Origin: a virus
Lineage: Duplodnaviria; Caudoviricetes
Length of the DNA: 64,000 nucleotides
IMG/VR virus record: IMGVR_UViG_3300020450_001133
Reading direction: 5' to 3' (one strand)
Translations under genes and position numbers: made by a program
Shown: piece by piece, positions 8,498 to 18,019 of the stretch
Layout: every line of letters starts with the position of its first letter
How positions within the stretch are numbered: the first letter of the stretch is position 1
Notes under the pieces: model-generated
Databases searched by the model: none
What the model was told of the DNA's origin: nothing
The model's input: only the letters and a program-made list of their open reading frames with translations

Positions 8498-11400
8498 TTA
8501 CTTAATTAAGGCTTCTACAACACCGGAACTGGTTGTTAGGTTTTCGCTTATTGCTACACCTATTGCACTTGCACCAGCATGGTATCCATTGAATGGAGCC
8601 GCTTGAGCATGTCCTGGAGTATTACTTGCAATCAGTACATCACCTTTTCTAACAGCACCTACAACTTTAACAGGAACACGACCTTTAAGTGCAACTGCTA
8701 CTACATTGTCGCCTTCTAATGCTGAGTTCATTAAGTGTGCTGGTTCTGTACTAACAACACCTGCTATTGCTGGACTGTTTTGTTTTGTTACTTCTGTAAC
8801 TTCAGCACTTCCGCCTATAACAAGAACTGTACCAGGCTCATAAGGTTTGTCTGCCAAATAGTTCTCAGCCAAGTCAGCATATTGAGCCGATGTTGCTGTT
8901 GCTGTTATAACATTTGCCGCAAAGTTACCTGAGCCATCTCTAACTACGGCTCTGTTTGCAAAGTTACCAGTTGTAAATATTGTTGTGTCTGATAAGTCAA
9001 CTGCTACATCATCTGCGTTAGCAGTAATACCATCGCCACCTATAACATTTAGTGTAACTGCTCCTGAATTTCCACCACCTGTCATACCTGAACCAGCAGT
9101 AACACTTTCTATATCACCTGCATCGTTAGTGAAACTAATTACACCTGTTGAACTGTTATAACTTATGTCGCCACTTGCACTAAACAATCCACGTATTTGT
9201 GCATCGGATCTTTCTGTAAAGGATAATACACCTGTTCCACTATTATAAGAAAGGTCACCACTTGTACTAATTAATCCTCTAACATCTGAATTTGCAAGTT
9301 CTATATCGTTTGCATTTACAGTAATACCATATCCGCCTACTGCATTAAGAGTAACTGCACCTGAAGAACCACCTCCAGTTAAACCTGCTCCTGCAGTAAC
9401 ACTTTCTATATCACCTGCATCATTTGTAAAAGATATAACACCTGTTGAACTATTATAACTTAGGTCTCCACTTACACTAATTGCACTTCTGGCTCTAGCA
9501 TTTGTGAAGTATTGATTTGTACCTTCTGCTAAATCGCTTGTGCTTGTTGGTACTGGGAAATATGTACTTCCATCATTTGTGAACTGCCATATATCTGAAC
9601 CTTCATTGTATCTAAATAATACATTTGTAGATGTTCCTCTTTCAACTTCGATACCTGCGTTTTGTGATGGTGTACCTGATTCATTATTGTTAAGAATAAT
9701 TATATTATCATCTACTGTTAAAGTTTCAGTATTTAAAATTGTTTGTGTTCCGTTTACAGTAATATTACCAGAGAATATTGCGTCATCACTAAATGTTTTA
9801 CCACCTGCAATAGTTTGTGCGCCAGTTGTTCTTACAACTGTATTGTCTACATCAATAGTACCACTACTAAAGTCTATACCATCACCGCCTGAAATGTATG
9901 ACTCTACTCTGGCATTTGTAAAGTATAAGTTATCGCCTTCTGTAATATCTGTTGTGGTTAATGCTTCGCTAACTGTGATAGTGTCTGCGGCATCATCATA
10001 TGTTACACTAATGTTACCTGAACCAGACATAATTGAACCAATTTTATCTGCCGCTCTTTCATCTGTATAATATAAATTTGTGCCTTCTGCTAAATCACTT
10101 GTTGTTTTACTTGCTAATGATAGGTTACCTGCTGTAACTCCAAGTAATTCTGAATCAACGTATGCTTTAATACTTTGTTGAGTTGCGGCATGAGTCGCAC
10201 TATCTGACGCCATGTTGTCTTCATCTTTGAAGTCTATTGCAATATCATTTGCATTAACTGTCATACCTGTACCAGCAACAACATTTAGTGTTACATCGCC
10301 TGATGTACCACCACCTGTTAGACCAGCACCTGAAACAACACCAGTTACATCACCTGTTAAGTCATTGTCAATTACAAATGTTCCTGCGGCATCATCATAT
10401 GTTACAGTTATGTTTGAACCACCTGATACTAATACATTTACTCTATCATCTACTGCTTCAGCAAAGTCGCTAACCTGAGATGCTGTAATGTTTATTGAAG
10501 TGTTTGCCGCACCAGTTATTTGTCCTTGTGCGTTAATAGTTAATGCAGGAACTTTATTAGCATCGCCATATACACCTGCTGTAACACCTGTGTTAGTGAT
10601 TGCTATGTCATTTGCGTTAGCAGTGATACCTGTTCCGCCAACTACATCTAAAGTAACGTCTCCTGAAGAACCGCCTCCAGTTAAACCTGCTCCTGCAGTT
10701 ACACCTGTAACGTCACCTATATTATCTGCATCAATTGTGAGTGTGCCAGCCGCATCGTTATAAGTTGCGGTTATGTTTGCGCCTCCTACTATTAATGCAC
10801 CTACTCTATCATCTACACGTTCGTCTGTGTAGAATAAATTTGTTCCTTCTGTAATATGATCCGATGTACTCGGAACACTAATTACACCTGTACCGCTGTT
10901 GTATCCTTGGCTTCCTGCACTTACACTAAACAGACCTCTAATGTCTGCGTTACTTGTTTCTATTACTGCTACATTGGCAGTTGTGTTAGCAATTCTGCTA
11001 ACTGTAATTCCGTAATTACCTTTTAATCCTGCTGGGAAGAAAGTACTTCCTGCTTGAGTCATTAAGTTGGCATCTGATCCAACGTCTGCACTACCTAAAT
11101 CGATTGTGTTTACTGTTGCGTCAACTAATGTTTTAACAACACCTGCTTCAACACCTTTAAATTGATTTGAAGCAACATCATAAAAAATTGTTCCGTTTGC
11201 GTGGAATGTATCACTTGCTTTATTACCTATTGTGATAGCACCATCAACTGTTAATCTTTCAATTAAGGCATCACCTGCCGAAGTTGATGTACTTGTTACA
11301 GTGAAAACATCTGCACCTGCATTAGAAGTAACAGTTTGTCCACTGATATATGTTGCAATATCTCCACCTACAAATAGTACTGAATCTTCAAATGTTACCC

Positions 11401-13609
11401 TACTTGCTCTAGGTTCTGCAATCGTAATTGTGTTTGCACTTACTAATGCGTTTACAGTTCCATTAAAACTGTCTGCATTTCTAGTTGATACATCACTGCT
11501 GTGAGCAAACATAAACAAGTTTGCACTTGCAATACCAAATCCTGAACCTGTACCACCAAAGAATGTTGGTGTGTCTGGAGTGCCTTTATGGAATACAGTT
11601 GTTACAGCCGAACTCCATAACTGTCCTGCACCTACGTTTGCATCTGGTAAGAAAGAAACATTACTAAAGAAGTTTACGTCACCTGAACCTAATCTTGAAC
11701 CTTGCTGATTTGTGTGTACACTATCACCGGCTTCATTTGCTCTTCTACCTTGACTGAAACTGGTAGTACCTGTAAATGTGATGTTACCATCTCTCTTCTG
11801 GAAGTCTCCTGTTGGGTTAGGATCAGTAAAGTTGTTCAAAGAAGCATTTGCAGTTGTTGTTGTACCATTAAATGAACTAGGTACTGTAAAAGTATTGTTG
11901 TCTACTTTTGTTACTGTAAATGTTCCATGTGCATTTGAATCACCCATATTGCTAATGGTGACTGTGTCTCCATCAATTAATCTGTGACCAGTTGCTGTGA
12001 CTGTTGATGTACTACCATTACCAACCATGTTGCCAGTAATTTTACCACTGACTTGTTGTTGTCCTTGAAGTAATACTGCAAATCCATCATCATCATATGT
12101 TTGAGTTTGCAAATAAATGTTTGCAAGTCCTTGATGTTGGAAAGATATAACTTGTGAATTTGAACTAGCATTACCACCTAATGATGATGAATTACTATCT
12201 ACAACAGAACCGTTTGCTAATTTAACACGTGGTAAAATACTACCATCTGTTTCTATTGTGAATGTTTTATCTACTTTATTGTTATCTGTATAACTTTTTA
12301 AATTAGTATTAGCAGTTACAATATTGGCTTCCGCCGCGGCAACTGATGCCACTAAAGTATTTGCAACTGTTGTATTGTTGTTTAATGAATCTGTTATTTC
12401 TCTTAAAGTATCTAACTGCGATGGTGCACCGCCAATTAAATCTGTTAATTCTGTTTGCACATAAGCCGTTGTAGCAATCTTTGTACTATTATCATTTGCG
12501 GATTGTGTTTTTGCGACAGCATCTATTCCTGTCATATCAACATTACCTGAGAACACATAATCTGCAGTTAGTGTATCATTTCTATCTGTTGTAACAACAT
12601 CGGCTGTTACATCTATAACACCATTTGCTTCTGTAACGTATGTGCCACTTGTAATATATGTGCTTATGTTTGCATTAAAGTCTGAAACTTGGTCAGATGT
12701 AATTACAATTTGAACTGTGTTAGCATCTGTTAATTGACCTTGTTGATTTACAACAAATGAACTTACCTTACTTGCATTACCACCATAAGCACCTGCTGTA
12801 ACGGCTGTATCATCTATATCGATTGTTCCGCTTGTTTCTGTTAATCCTGTTCCGCCTGTTATATAAGAACTAATGGCGGCATTAAAGTCTGTAACTTGCG
12901 AGTGGGGTATAGCAATCATTACAGAGTTTGCATCTATTAATCTACCTTTTGAGTCTACATTGTATGTTGCAACTGCTGTGGCATTTCCTTGAGCACCAGC
13001 ACTTACAGTAGTATCTACTAAATCTATTGTAATGTCTGAACCGTCATCTGTTCCTTGACTTGCAACAATAATGTTACTGTTGCTTAAACCTTGTGCTGAT
13101 TTAACGTATGCACCTTGTGTATGATAATCTAATATTACTGCATTTGCATTTATGTTTGCCGCAAAACTGTCAGTAAAAGGACCTTCAAAACTTACACTAC
13201 CTGTAAGGTCTCCGTCTAATGTTAAGTTTACATTGCCTGTGAATTTTTGTGCTGAAGTGGCAATACCTACAAAGTAAGGACCAGTAACATTTCCTGTTGT
13301 TGTTAATGTTCCTTCAATATTTGAGTTTGCATTTAATAAAATATTATTGGTATTTGTTGCATCACCAATAGTCAAGTTTGCACTATTATAACTTATTCTT
13401 GCGTTGCTTGTCTGTGAGTTTAATTGTAGATAAGAACTATCAACATCGCTGTCACTATTAATCACATAGCCGTCAGCATCATTAACTGTGACTGTGTCGT
13501 TTAAAAATGTAGTGGTACCATATCCTAGAATATTACCACGGACCGTTAAATTTCCTTGTATGTCAAGGTTTCCGTCTGGTCTGAAATTCGATTTGTTGTT
13601 TGTTGCCAT
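8498..13609 (-). CDS. Large virion fibre protein with C-terminal intramolecular chaperone (peptidase G2-like) domain
   Basis: 1703 aa; shares repeat modules and the C-terminal AQYADLAENY...VALKGRVPVKV domain with 5362..8394; contains a beta-rich module GNGSTSTVTATGHRLIDGDTVTISN. Confidence 0.8.
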   Translation of the reverse strand: MATNNKSNFRPDGNLDIQGNLTVRGNILGYGTTTFLNDTVTVNDADGYVINSDSDVDSSYLQLNSQTSNARISYNSANLTIGDATNTNNILLNANSNIEGTLTTTGNVTGPYFVGIATSAQKFTGNVNLTLDGDLTGSVSFEGPFTDSFAANINANAVILDYHTQGAYVKSAQGLSNSNIIVASQGTDDGSDITIDLVDTTVSAGAQGNATAVATYNVDSKGRLIDANSVMIAIPHSQVTDFNAAISSYITGGTGLTETSGTIDIDDTAVTAGAYGGNASKVSSFVVNQQGQLTDANTVQIVITSDQVSDFNANISTYITSGTYVTEANGVIDVTADVVTTDRNDTLTADYVFSGNVDMTGIDAVAKTQSANDNSTKIATTAYVQTELTDLIGGAPSQLDTLREITDSLNNNTTVANTLVASVAAAEANIVTANTNLKSYTDNNKVDKTFTIETDGSILPRVKLANGSVVDSNSSSLGGNASSNSQVISFQHQGLANIYLQTQTYDDDGFAVLLQGQQQVSGKITGNMVGNGSTSTVTATGHRLIDGDTVTISNMGDSNAHGTFTVTKVDNNTFTVPSSFNGTTTTANASLNNFTDPNPTGDFQKRDGNITFTGTTSFSQGRRANEAGDSVHTNQQGSRLGSGDVNFFSNVSFLPDANVGAGQLWSSAVTTVFHKGTPDTPTFFGGTGSGFGIASANLFMFAHSSDVSTRNADSFNGTVNALVSANTITIAEPRASRVTFEDSVLFVGGDIATYISGQTVTSNAGADVFTVTSTSTSAGDALIERLTVDGAITIGNKASDTFHANGTIFYDVASNQFKGVEAGVVKTLVDATVNTIDLGSADVGSDANLMTQAGSTFFPAGLKGNYGITVSRIANTTANVAVIETSNADIRGLFSVSAGSQGYNSGTGVISVPSTSDHITEGTNLFYTDERVDDRVGALIVGGANITATYNDAAGTLTIDADNIGDVTGVTAGAGLTGGGSSGDVTLDVVGGTGITANANDIAITNTGVTAGVYGDANKVPALTINAQGQITGAANTSINITASQVSDFAEAVDDRVNVLVSGGSNITVTYDDAAGTFVIDNDLTGDVTGVVSGAGLTGGGTSGDVTLNVVAGTGMTVNANDIAIDFKDEDNMASDSATHAATQQSIKAYVDSELLGVTAGNLSLASKTTSDLAEGTNLYYTDERAADKIGSIMSGSGNISVTYDDAADTITVSEALTTTDITEGDNLYFTNARVESYISGGDGIDFSSGTIDVDNTVVRTTGAQTIAGGKTFSDDAIFSGNITVNGTQTILNTETLTVDDNIIILNNNESGTPSQNAGIEVERGTSTNVLFRYNEGSDIWQFTNDGSTYFPVPTSTSDLAEGTNQYFTNARARSAISVSGDLSYNSSTGVISFTNDAGDIESVTAGAGLTGGGSSGAVTLNAVGGYGITVNANDIELANSDVRGLISTSGDLSYNSGTGVLSFTERSDAQIRGLFSASGDISYNSSTGVISFTNDAGDIESVTAGSGMTGGGNSGAVTLNVIGGDGITANADDVAVDLSDTTIFTTGNFANRAVVRDGSGNFAANVITATATSAQYADLAENYLADKPYEPGTVLVIGGSAEVTEVTKQNSPAIAGVVSTEPAHLMNSALEGDNVVAVALKGRVPVKVVGAVRKGDVLIASNTPGHAQAAPFNGYHAGASAIGVAISENLTTSSGVVEALIK

Positions 13610-13640
13610 CTATTATCTCACATTAGCATTGTATTAGTTG

Positions 13641-13648
13641 TATTTATC
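13641..13648 (-). promoter_or_regulatory. Late-promoter motif GATAAATA
   Basis: Lies between the capsid-gene terminator and the 13609 start. Confidence 0.7.
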
Positions 13649-13665
13649 TTTTTGATGCAAAAGTC

Positions 13666-13698
13666 AAAAAAAAGCACCTCCCGAAGGAAGTGCTTTTT
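13666..13698 (-). terminator. Intrinsic terminator after the major capsid gene
   Basis: Minus strand reads GCACTTCC-TTCG-GGAGGTGC-T8: a C(UUCG)G tetraloop with one G-U pair. Confidence 0.9.
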
Positions 13699-13737
13699 AA
13701 AGTTATTTGCGTTCGCAAATAAGAATTAAATTAATTC

Positions 13738-14877
13738 TTACTGGAATGCTACGTTTGACAATGTTATTGCGTCAACGTAGTCAGCCGCGTTACCCAATGA
13801 ACTTGCAGTATTTGTAAGTTCGATGTAACCATATCTTGTCATAAATGACACGACAGGTTCAAATGTAGCAGGGTCCATAACTGGGCCTGTGCTCATTAGT
13901 GGGATATACGGACAGTAGAACGCAGGTGCGTCAGTTTCGCTTGAACCTTTGTATCCAACTAAAACTTTTGTTCCGTCAGCCGCATAACTGTCAACAAATA
14001 CTTTGATAGATCCGTTAAGGACACCAGCAAGTTTTGTGTTAGTAGGTGCTTCGAAAGAACCTTCTGTTGTTCTAGCGAATGTTGAAGTTGATGCACTTTG
14101 TAATATTGTCAATGCTTCTGGAGAAACAACGATGTAGTTACCTGCACCTCTTCTTGTTCTAGCCGCGATTCTGTTCGCCGCTCTGTTAATTTCAATAGCC
14201 AATACCGCGTGTCTGTCACCAACGTATGTTTGTGTACCAGATACTGCGTTAAAGTCTAAAGTTGTACCAGAACCTGCAAGACTTCTTAGTGAACCGATAA
14301 TTTCTTGGTCGATTTCAACTACGATTTCTTGTGCAAGTGCCTGCATAATTTCTGCTTCAACATCAAGACCATGCATAGATTCGGCATCTTGAGCTGACTC
14401 AAATGTCCATCTAGCACTTAAACGTCTTGTTTTTGCTTCAACAGTTTGCTTTAAGATTTGGATGCTTAGTTTCTTACCAGCAGTTCCTTCTGAAGCCGCT
14501 GTGGCGTCAGGTGAACCTGCGTAAGATGTAGCAATCTTAAATGGTGAAAGTGCTTCATCACCAGGATTAACTCCTGTTGCACTCTCGGCATACCTTGTTC
14601 TCAAAGTATGTATTTGTCCTACTGGACCAGTCATTGGCTGAACACCAACTAATTCGTTAGCAATAACTGAAGGCATAACCCTTCTAATTAAAGGTAACAT
14701 TACTTTGTTTAATGTAGCAACGTTGCCAGCCTGAGTTGCACCACTAGATGCTGATTCTTGAAGATGTCTTTTAGTATTTTCAAGAACAACGTCTAATGAA
14801 CTTTTTCTTGAACCGTTAAGTCCTTCTAAAAGTGCGTCCTTGGTTGCTGACCAATTGCTTTCAAATAATTCTGCCAT
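13738..14877 (-). CDS. gp23: Major capsid protein, T4 gp23-like
   Basis: LPLIRRVMPSVIANELVGVQPMTGPVG, VEAKTRRLSARWT, EIMQALAQEIVVEIDQE, AFYCPYIPL, SFMTRYG. Confidence 0.97.
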   Translation of the reverse strand: MAELFESNWSATKDALLEGLNGSRKSSLDVVLENTKRHLQESASSGATQAGNVATLNKVMLPLIRRVMPSVIANELVGVQPMTGPVGQIHTLRTRYAESATGVNPGDEALSPFKIATSYAGSPDATAASEGTAGKKLSIQILKQTVEAKTRRLSARWTFESAQDAESMHGLDVEAEIMQALAQEIVVEIDQEIIGSLRSLAGSGTTLDFNAVSGTQTYVGDRHAVLAIEINRAANRIAARTRRGAGNYIVVSPEALTILQSASTSTFARTTEGSFEAPTNTKLAGVLNGSIKVFVDSYAADGTKVLVGYKGSSETDAPAFYCPYIPLMSTGPVMDPATFEPVVSFMTRYGYIELTNTASSLGNAADYVDAITLSNVAFQ

Positions 14878-14887
14878 TTCTTATCTC

Positions 14888-15994
14888 CTAATTTGAAAGT
14901 CCGGCTAATTTACGGATAGCATCAATTTCGACGATATCCTGTCCATCTTCAGTTGAAGGCTGAACATCTTTGTCACCAGTGTGTTCTGATGTCACTGATT
15001 CCGTTAATGGTTTACGATCCTCTTTAGGTGCTTCGCCGTCTAAAACACTTGGCAAGTATTTGTTAAATTGCTTTTCAAGGTTTTCTGTTTTAACACTTTC
15101 AAGAAGGTCAACCATAATTTCTTTTTTGCCTTTTGCTAAAGGTTTTAGCAATTCGTCAAGTTGTTCTTTACGAGCATACTTGTCTTCTGCTATTCTCAAC
15201 TTGCTTTCTGTAAGTTTAGTTGCTTCTGCTTTTGCTTCTGCATCTGCTTTACTTTCTGCAAGTTCCCTTTTAACATCGGCGATTGTTTTTTCTAGTTCTT
15301 TAACATCTGAACTCTCGTTTAAGTAACTTGAACGATATTCATTTGCAAAAGATTCGAATATTCTTCGACCAAAGTCATTTTCTCTGGCGGCTGTGATGTC
15401 ATCTTTAAACTGTTGTACGTTGTCAGACACAACTCTATTAACAACAGCCTCGACTTTGTCAGCGGCACGTTTAATGAAGTCTGCTTTAGATTCAGCAAGT
15501 TGTTTCTTACCTTCTCTAACCATTTTCACTTTTTGCTCAACTAATGCTGTTTTGTCCTCGTGGAATTCTTTAATTTCTCCAGCAAGTGACTCAACAACAA
15601 AGTTATCAAGTTTTTCTACGTGTGCTTGAACATTTGCACGTTCTCCACGTAACTCTTTAACTTCTTTAGCAAGTTGTTCAGCAATGAAACTTTCCAATTT
15701 CTTCGCATGTTCACTAACAGCTCTTTTGTAAGCAACTCTTTCTTCAGCGACTTTTTGTTTATCTTCAGCAAGTTCTTGCATTTCTGCTTCGATTCTTTCT
15801 TTGATAAACCCATCAACTGCTTCAACAATAAGACCTTTGTCATGCTCATATCTTTGAGCAAACTCTTCTCTTAATTCTGCTGTAAGTTCCTCACGGGCTT
15901 CGGATAGACGACTTTCCCAGGCCTCAACGATTTGACCTTGTGTTTCTTCGGTCAATTCGGTAGACTTGATTAGGTCTTCAAATTTTTCTGCCAT
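14888..15994 (-). CDS. gp22: Prohead core scaffold protein, gp22-like
   Basis: Long acidic coiled coil located between the protease and capsid genes. Confidence 0.85.
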   Translation of the reverse strand: MAEKFEDLIKSTELTEETQGQIVEAWESRLSEAREELTAELREEFAQRYEHDKGLIVEAVDGFIKERIEAEMQELAEDKQKVAEERVAYKRAVSEHAKKLESFIAEQLAKEVKELRGERANVQAHVEKLDNFVVESLAGEIKEFHEDKTALVEQKVKMVREGKKQLAESKADFIKRAADKVEAVVNRVVSDNVQQFKDDITAARENDFGRRIFESFANEYRSSYLNESSDVKELEKTIADVKRELAESKADAEAKAEATKLTESKLRIAEDKYARKEQLDELLKPLAKGKKEIMVDLLESVKTENLEKQFNKYLPSVLDGEAPKEDRKPLTESVTSEHTGDKDVQPSTEDGQDIVEIDAIRKLAGLSN

Positions 15995-16003
15995 AGTAGT
16001 CTC

Positions 16004-16633
16004 CTACCTCAATTTTAATTCATTGATAAAATCAATGATACTTTTATCCAGATGCTTTTTTGCACCTGAGGTTTTATCGTGTGTATAGTCTTTGGCAATA
16101 TCATGTATCATGCTACCGCCTCTCATGTTAAACAAAGACTCATAAATGGTCTTTGGATAGGCATCTGGGGCCGAAGGTTGTGCAACAATATCTACAGTAA
16201 CAATATCAAAATCAGACACACGACCTGATTCATTTACGTTACCACTTCCTCTACTGCTGACACCTAATTTTGCTCCTGCTTTTAATAATGCTCTTGCAAT
16301 ATTCCCCATTGGTGTGTCTATAACTTTTAATTTACCCATTCCGTTTGCGTCATTACACATCATTTCTGTTATGATATGACTCACACGGTCTAAGTTAATT
16401 TGAAGTTCTTCTGGATGGTCTAATTCGCCCATCACAGTTTCACCGTTGTTTAGTCTGGAAGTTACATTCTCAACGGCACGTTTAATCTCATCCTTTGGAT
16501 ATACTCGTCCATTTTGGTTCTTTACATCACCTTGAATGAATAATCCTTGCATGTATAAGTCTTTTCCATCGTTAGATTCCATTAACTGGATCTGACTTTG
16601 TTCTGGACTCATGTATTCATATAACTTACGCAC
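16004..16633 (-). CDS. gp21: Prohead maturation protease, gp21-like
   Basis: GLFIQGDVKNQNGRVYP, GELDHP, INLDRVSHII, LGVSSRGSG, DIVAQPSAPDA. Confidence 0.96.
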   Translation of the reverse strand: MRKLYEYMSPEQSQIQLMESNDGKDLYMQGLFIQGDVKNQNGRVYPKDEIKRAVENVTSRLNNGETVMGELDHPEELQINLDRVSHIITEMMCNDANGMGKLKVIDTPMGNIARALLKAGAKLGVSSRGSGNVNESGRVSDFDIVTVDIVAQPSAPDAYPKTIYESLFNMRGGSMIHDIAKDYTHDKTSGAKKHLDKSIIDFINELKLR

Positions 16634-16664
16634 CGCTTCTCCTGTAAAATCTTAACTTCAAGCC

Positions 16665-17585
16665 TTACTTAATCTCGTCTGGATTATTTACTGCTTGAGG
16701 TTTTACGTTAAGATTGTCTGAACCGCCACTGTCTTTTGGTGAGTTAGGGTTACCTTTCTCACTTGCGTTTCCGTCTCCACCATCGTGGGTTTTAACAGGC
16801 TCGCCTTGTCCATGTGGGCTAGTTACACCTTTTTGACTGTTTTTTGCATTACCTGAATCAACATTATCAGCATCTTCGCCTTCATGTTTTAATTCTTTTC
16901 CGACGTTGTCAGATAATTTAGTTGCTTCTTCAACAACTTCATCATCTTCTTCAACTTCTTCGTCTAGGTCATACTCAACGGATTCTTCTTCCATTTCTGC
17001 GTCCATGTCCATGTCGTCTCCGCCCATGTCCATCATATCTGCGTCCATTTCCGCTTCTTCTCCGTCATCGCCTTCTTCGTCATCATCTTTATCAAGAAGT
17101 TTTTCGAATTCAGCTCTTAAGTCTTCAAGTTCAGATTCAAGTTCATCAACTTTATCTTCAATCTCTCCGTCTTCCATTTCCTCGCCAATCTCATCTGCTT
17201 CGATGTCATCATCCGCTTCTTCAACGTCTGAGACAAAGTCTGCTTCTGGATCTGCTTGGTTAATTTCTTCTTCTACTGCTTCATCTTCAGAATCAACCGA
17301 TTCGTCCATGTCCTTTTCAGCATCGAGTTTTTCTTTCTCTTTTTTTGCTTTCATTTCAGCATCAAGTTTTTCCTTTTTGCTTTTAGGTTTCATTTCTTCT
17401 TCGATTTCTTCTTCAACTGCTTCTTCAACAGATTCTGTTGAAACTTCAGCATCATCTAAGATACGTTCGTATTCCTTACGAGCAGTTTCAACAACGTATT
17501 CGTGAAGCAACTCTTCGGCACGTTCGTTATCTTCAGCAAGTAAGAATTCTAGTACTTGTTCTAGTTTACTTTTGCTTTCTGACAT
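16665..17585 (-). CDS. Highly acidic prohead core/internal protein (gp67/68-like position)
   Basis: Extremely D/E-rich; sits between the portal and protease genes. Confidence 0.6.
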   Translation of the reverse strand: MSESKSKLEQVLEFLLAEDNERAEELLHEYVVETARKEYERILDDAEVSTESVEEAVEEEIEEEMKPKSKKEKLDAEMKAKKEKEKLDAEKDMDESVDSEDEAVEEEINQADPEADFVSDVEEADDDIEADEIGEEMEDGEIEDKVDELESELEDLRAEFEKLLDKDDDEEGDDGEEAEMDADMMDMGGDDMDMDAEMEEESVEYDLDEEVEEDDEVVEEATKLSDNVGKELKHEGEDADNVDSGNAKNSQKGVTSPHGQGEPVKTHDGGDGNASEKGNPNSPKDSGGSDNLNVKPQAVNNPDEIK

Positions 17586-17776
17586 ATTGTGCTCCTATAA
17601 ATTGATATAATTCATAATTATAAACTACCCTCCGCGATTGTGGATTGTAGTTATGTCGTATTTGTACTTATTAATAATGTGTTTTTATAGACAAAAAGGG
17701 CCTATTTTGATGTCTTTTTTGTCAAAATAGTGTAAGATGCGTGTTTTTGGTATCTGTCTGTACCATTGTATGCAAA

Positions 17777-17784
17777 TATTTATC
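17777..17784 (-). promoter_or_regulatory. Late-promoter motif GATAAATA (core/protease/scaffold/capsid operon)
   Basis: TATTTATC in the 227-nt intergenic region. Confidence 0.7.
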
Positions 17785-17812
17785 AGACGTGGATAAGAAT
17801 TTATAACACTAC

Positions 17813-18019
17813 TTAAAGTGCAGGTGCTTCATCGCCACCTGATTTTGAATACATTAAACTTGCTAATTTTTTACGTTCCATGTCTTCAGACTTTTTAAGT
17901 TCTCTGTATTTTCTTAATTTGTTGAGAGCCTCTAATGTTAGTTTAGACTTACGAGTGTCGTCCATTTTACGAGTGGCTTGTCTATCTTTTTCCGGATTGT
18001 AAAATTCGTCTAGTCTCAT
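17813..18019 (-). CDS. Small basic hypothetical protein coupled to the portal gene
   Basis: 68 aa; TAATG overlap with the portal stop codon. Confidence 0.75.
   Translation of the reverse strand: MRLDEFYNPEKDRQATRKMDDTRKSKLTLEALNKLRKYRELKKSEDMERKKLASLMYSKSGGDEAPAL

Noticed and set aside
5362-13609. CRISPR array or diversity-generating retroelement template/variable repeat pair in the repeated DNA
   Set aside because: The repeats are in-frame protein modules with synonymous differences. There are no spacers, no adenine-specific mismatch pattern and no reverse transcriptase in the window.
17330-17385. Short tandem duplication KEKLDAE x2 in the acidic core protein
   Set aside because: Low-complexity expansion is ordinary for such proteins.
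17624-17651. Imperfect hairpin in the 5' leader of the core/capsid operon
   Set aside because: Weak stem with mismatches and no independent support.
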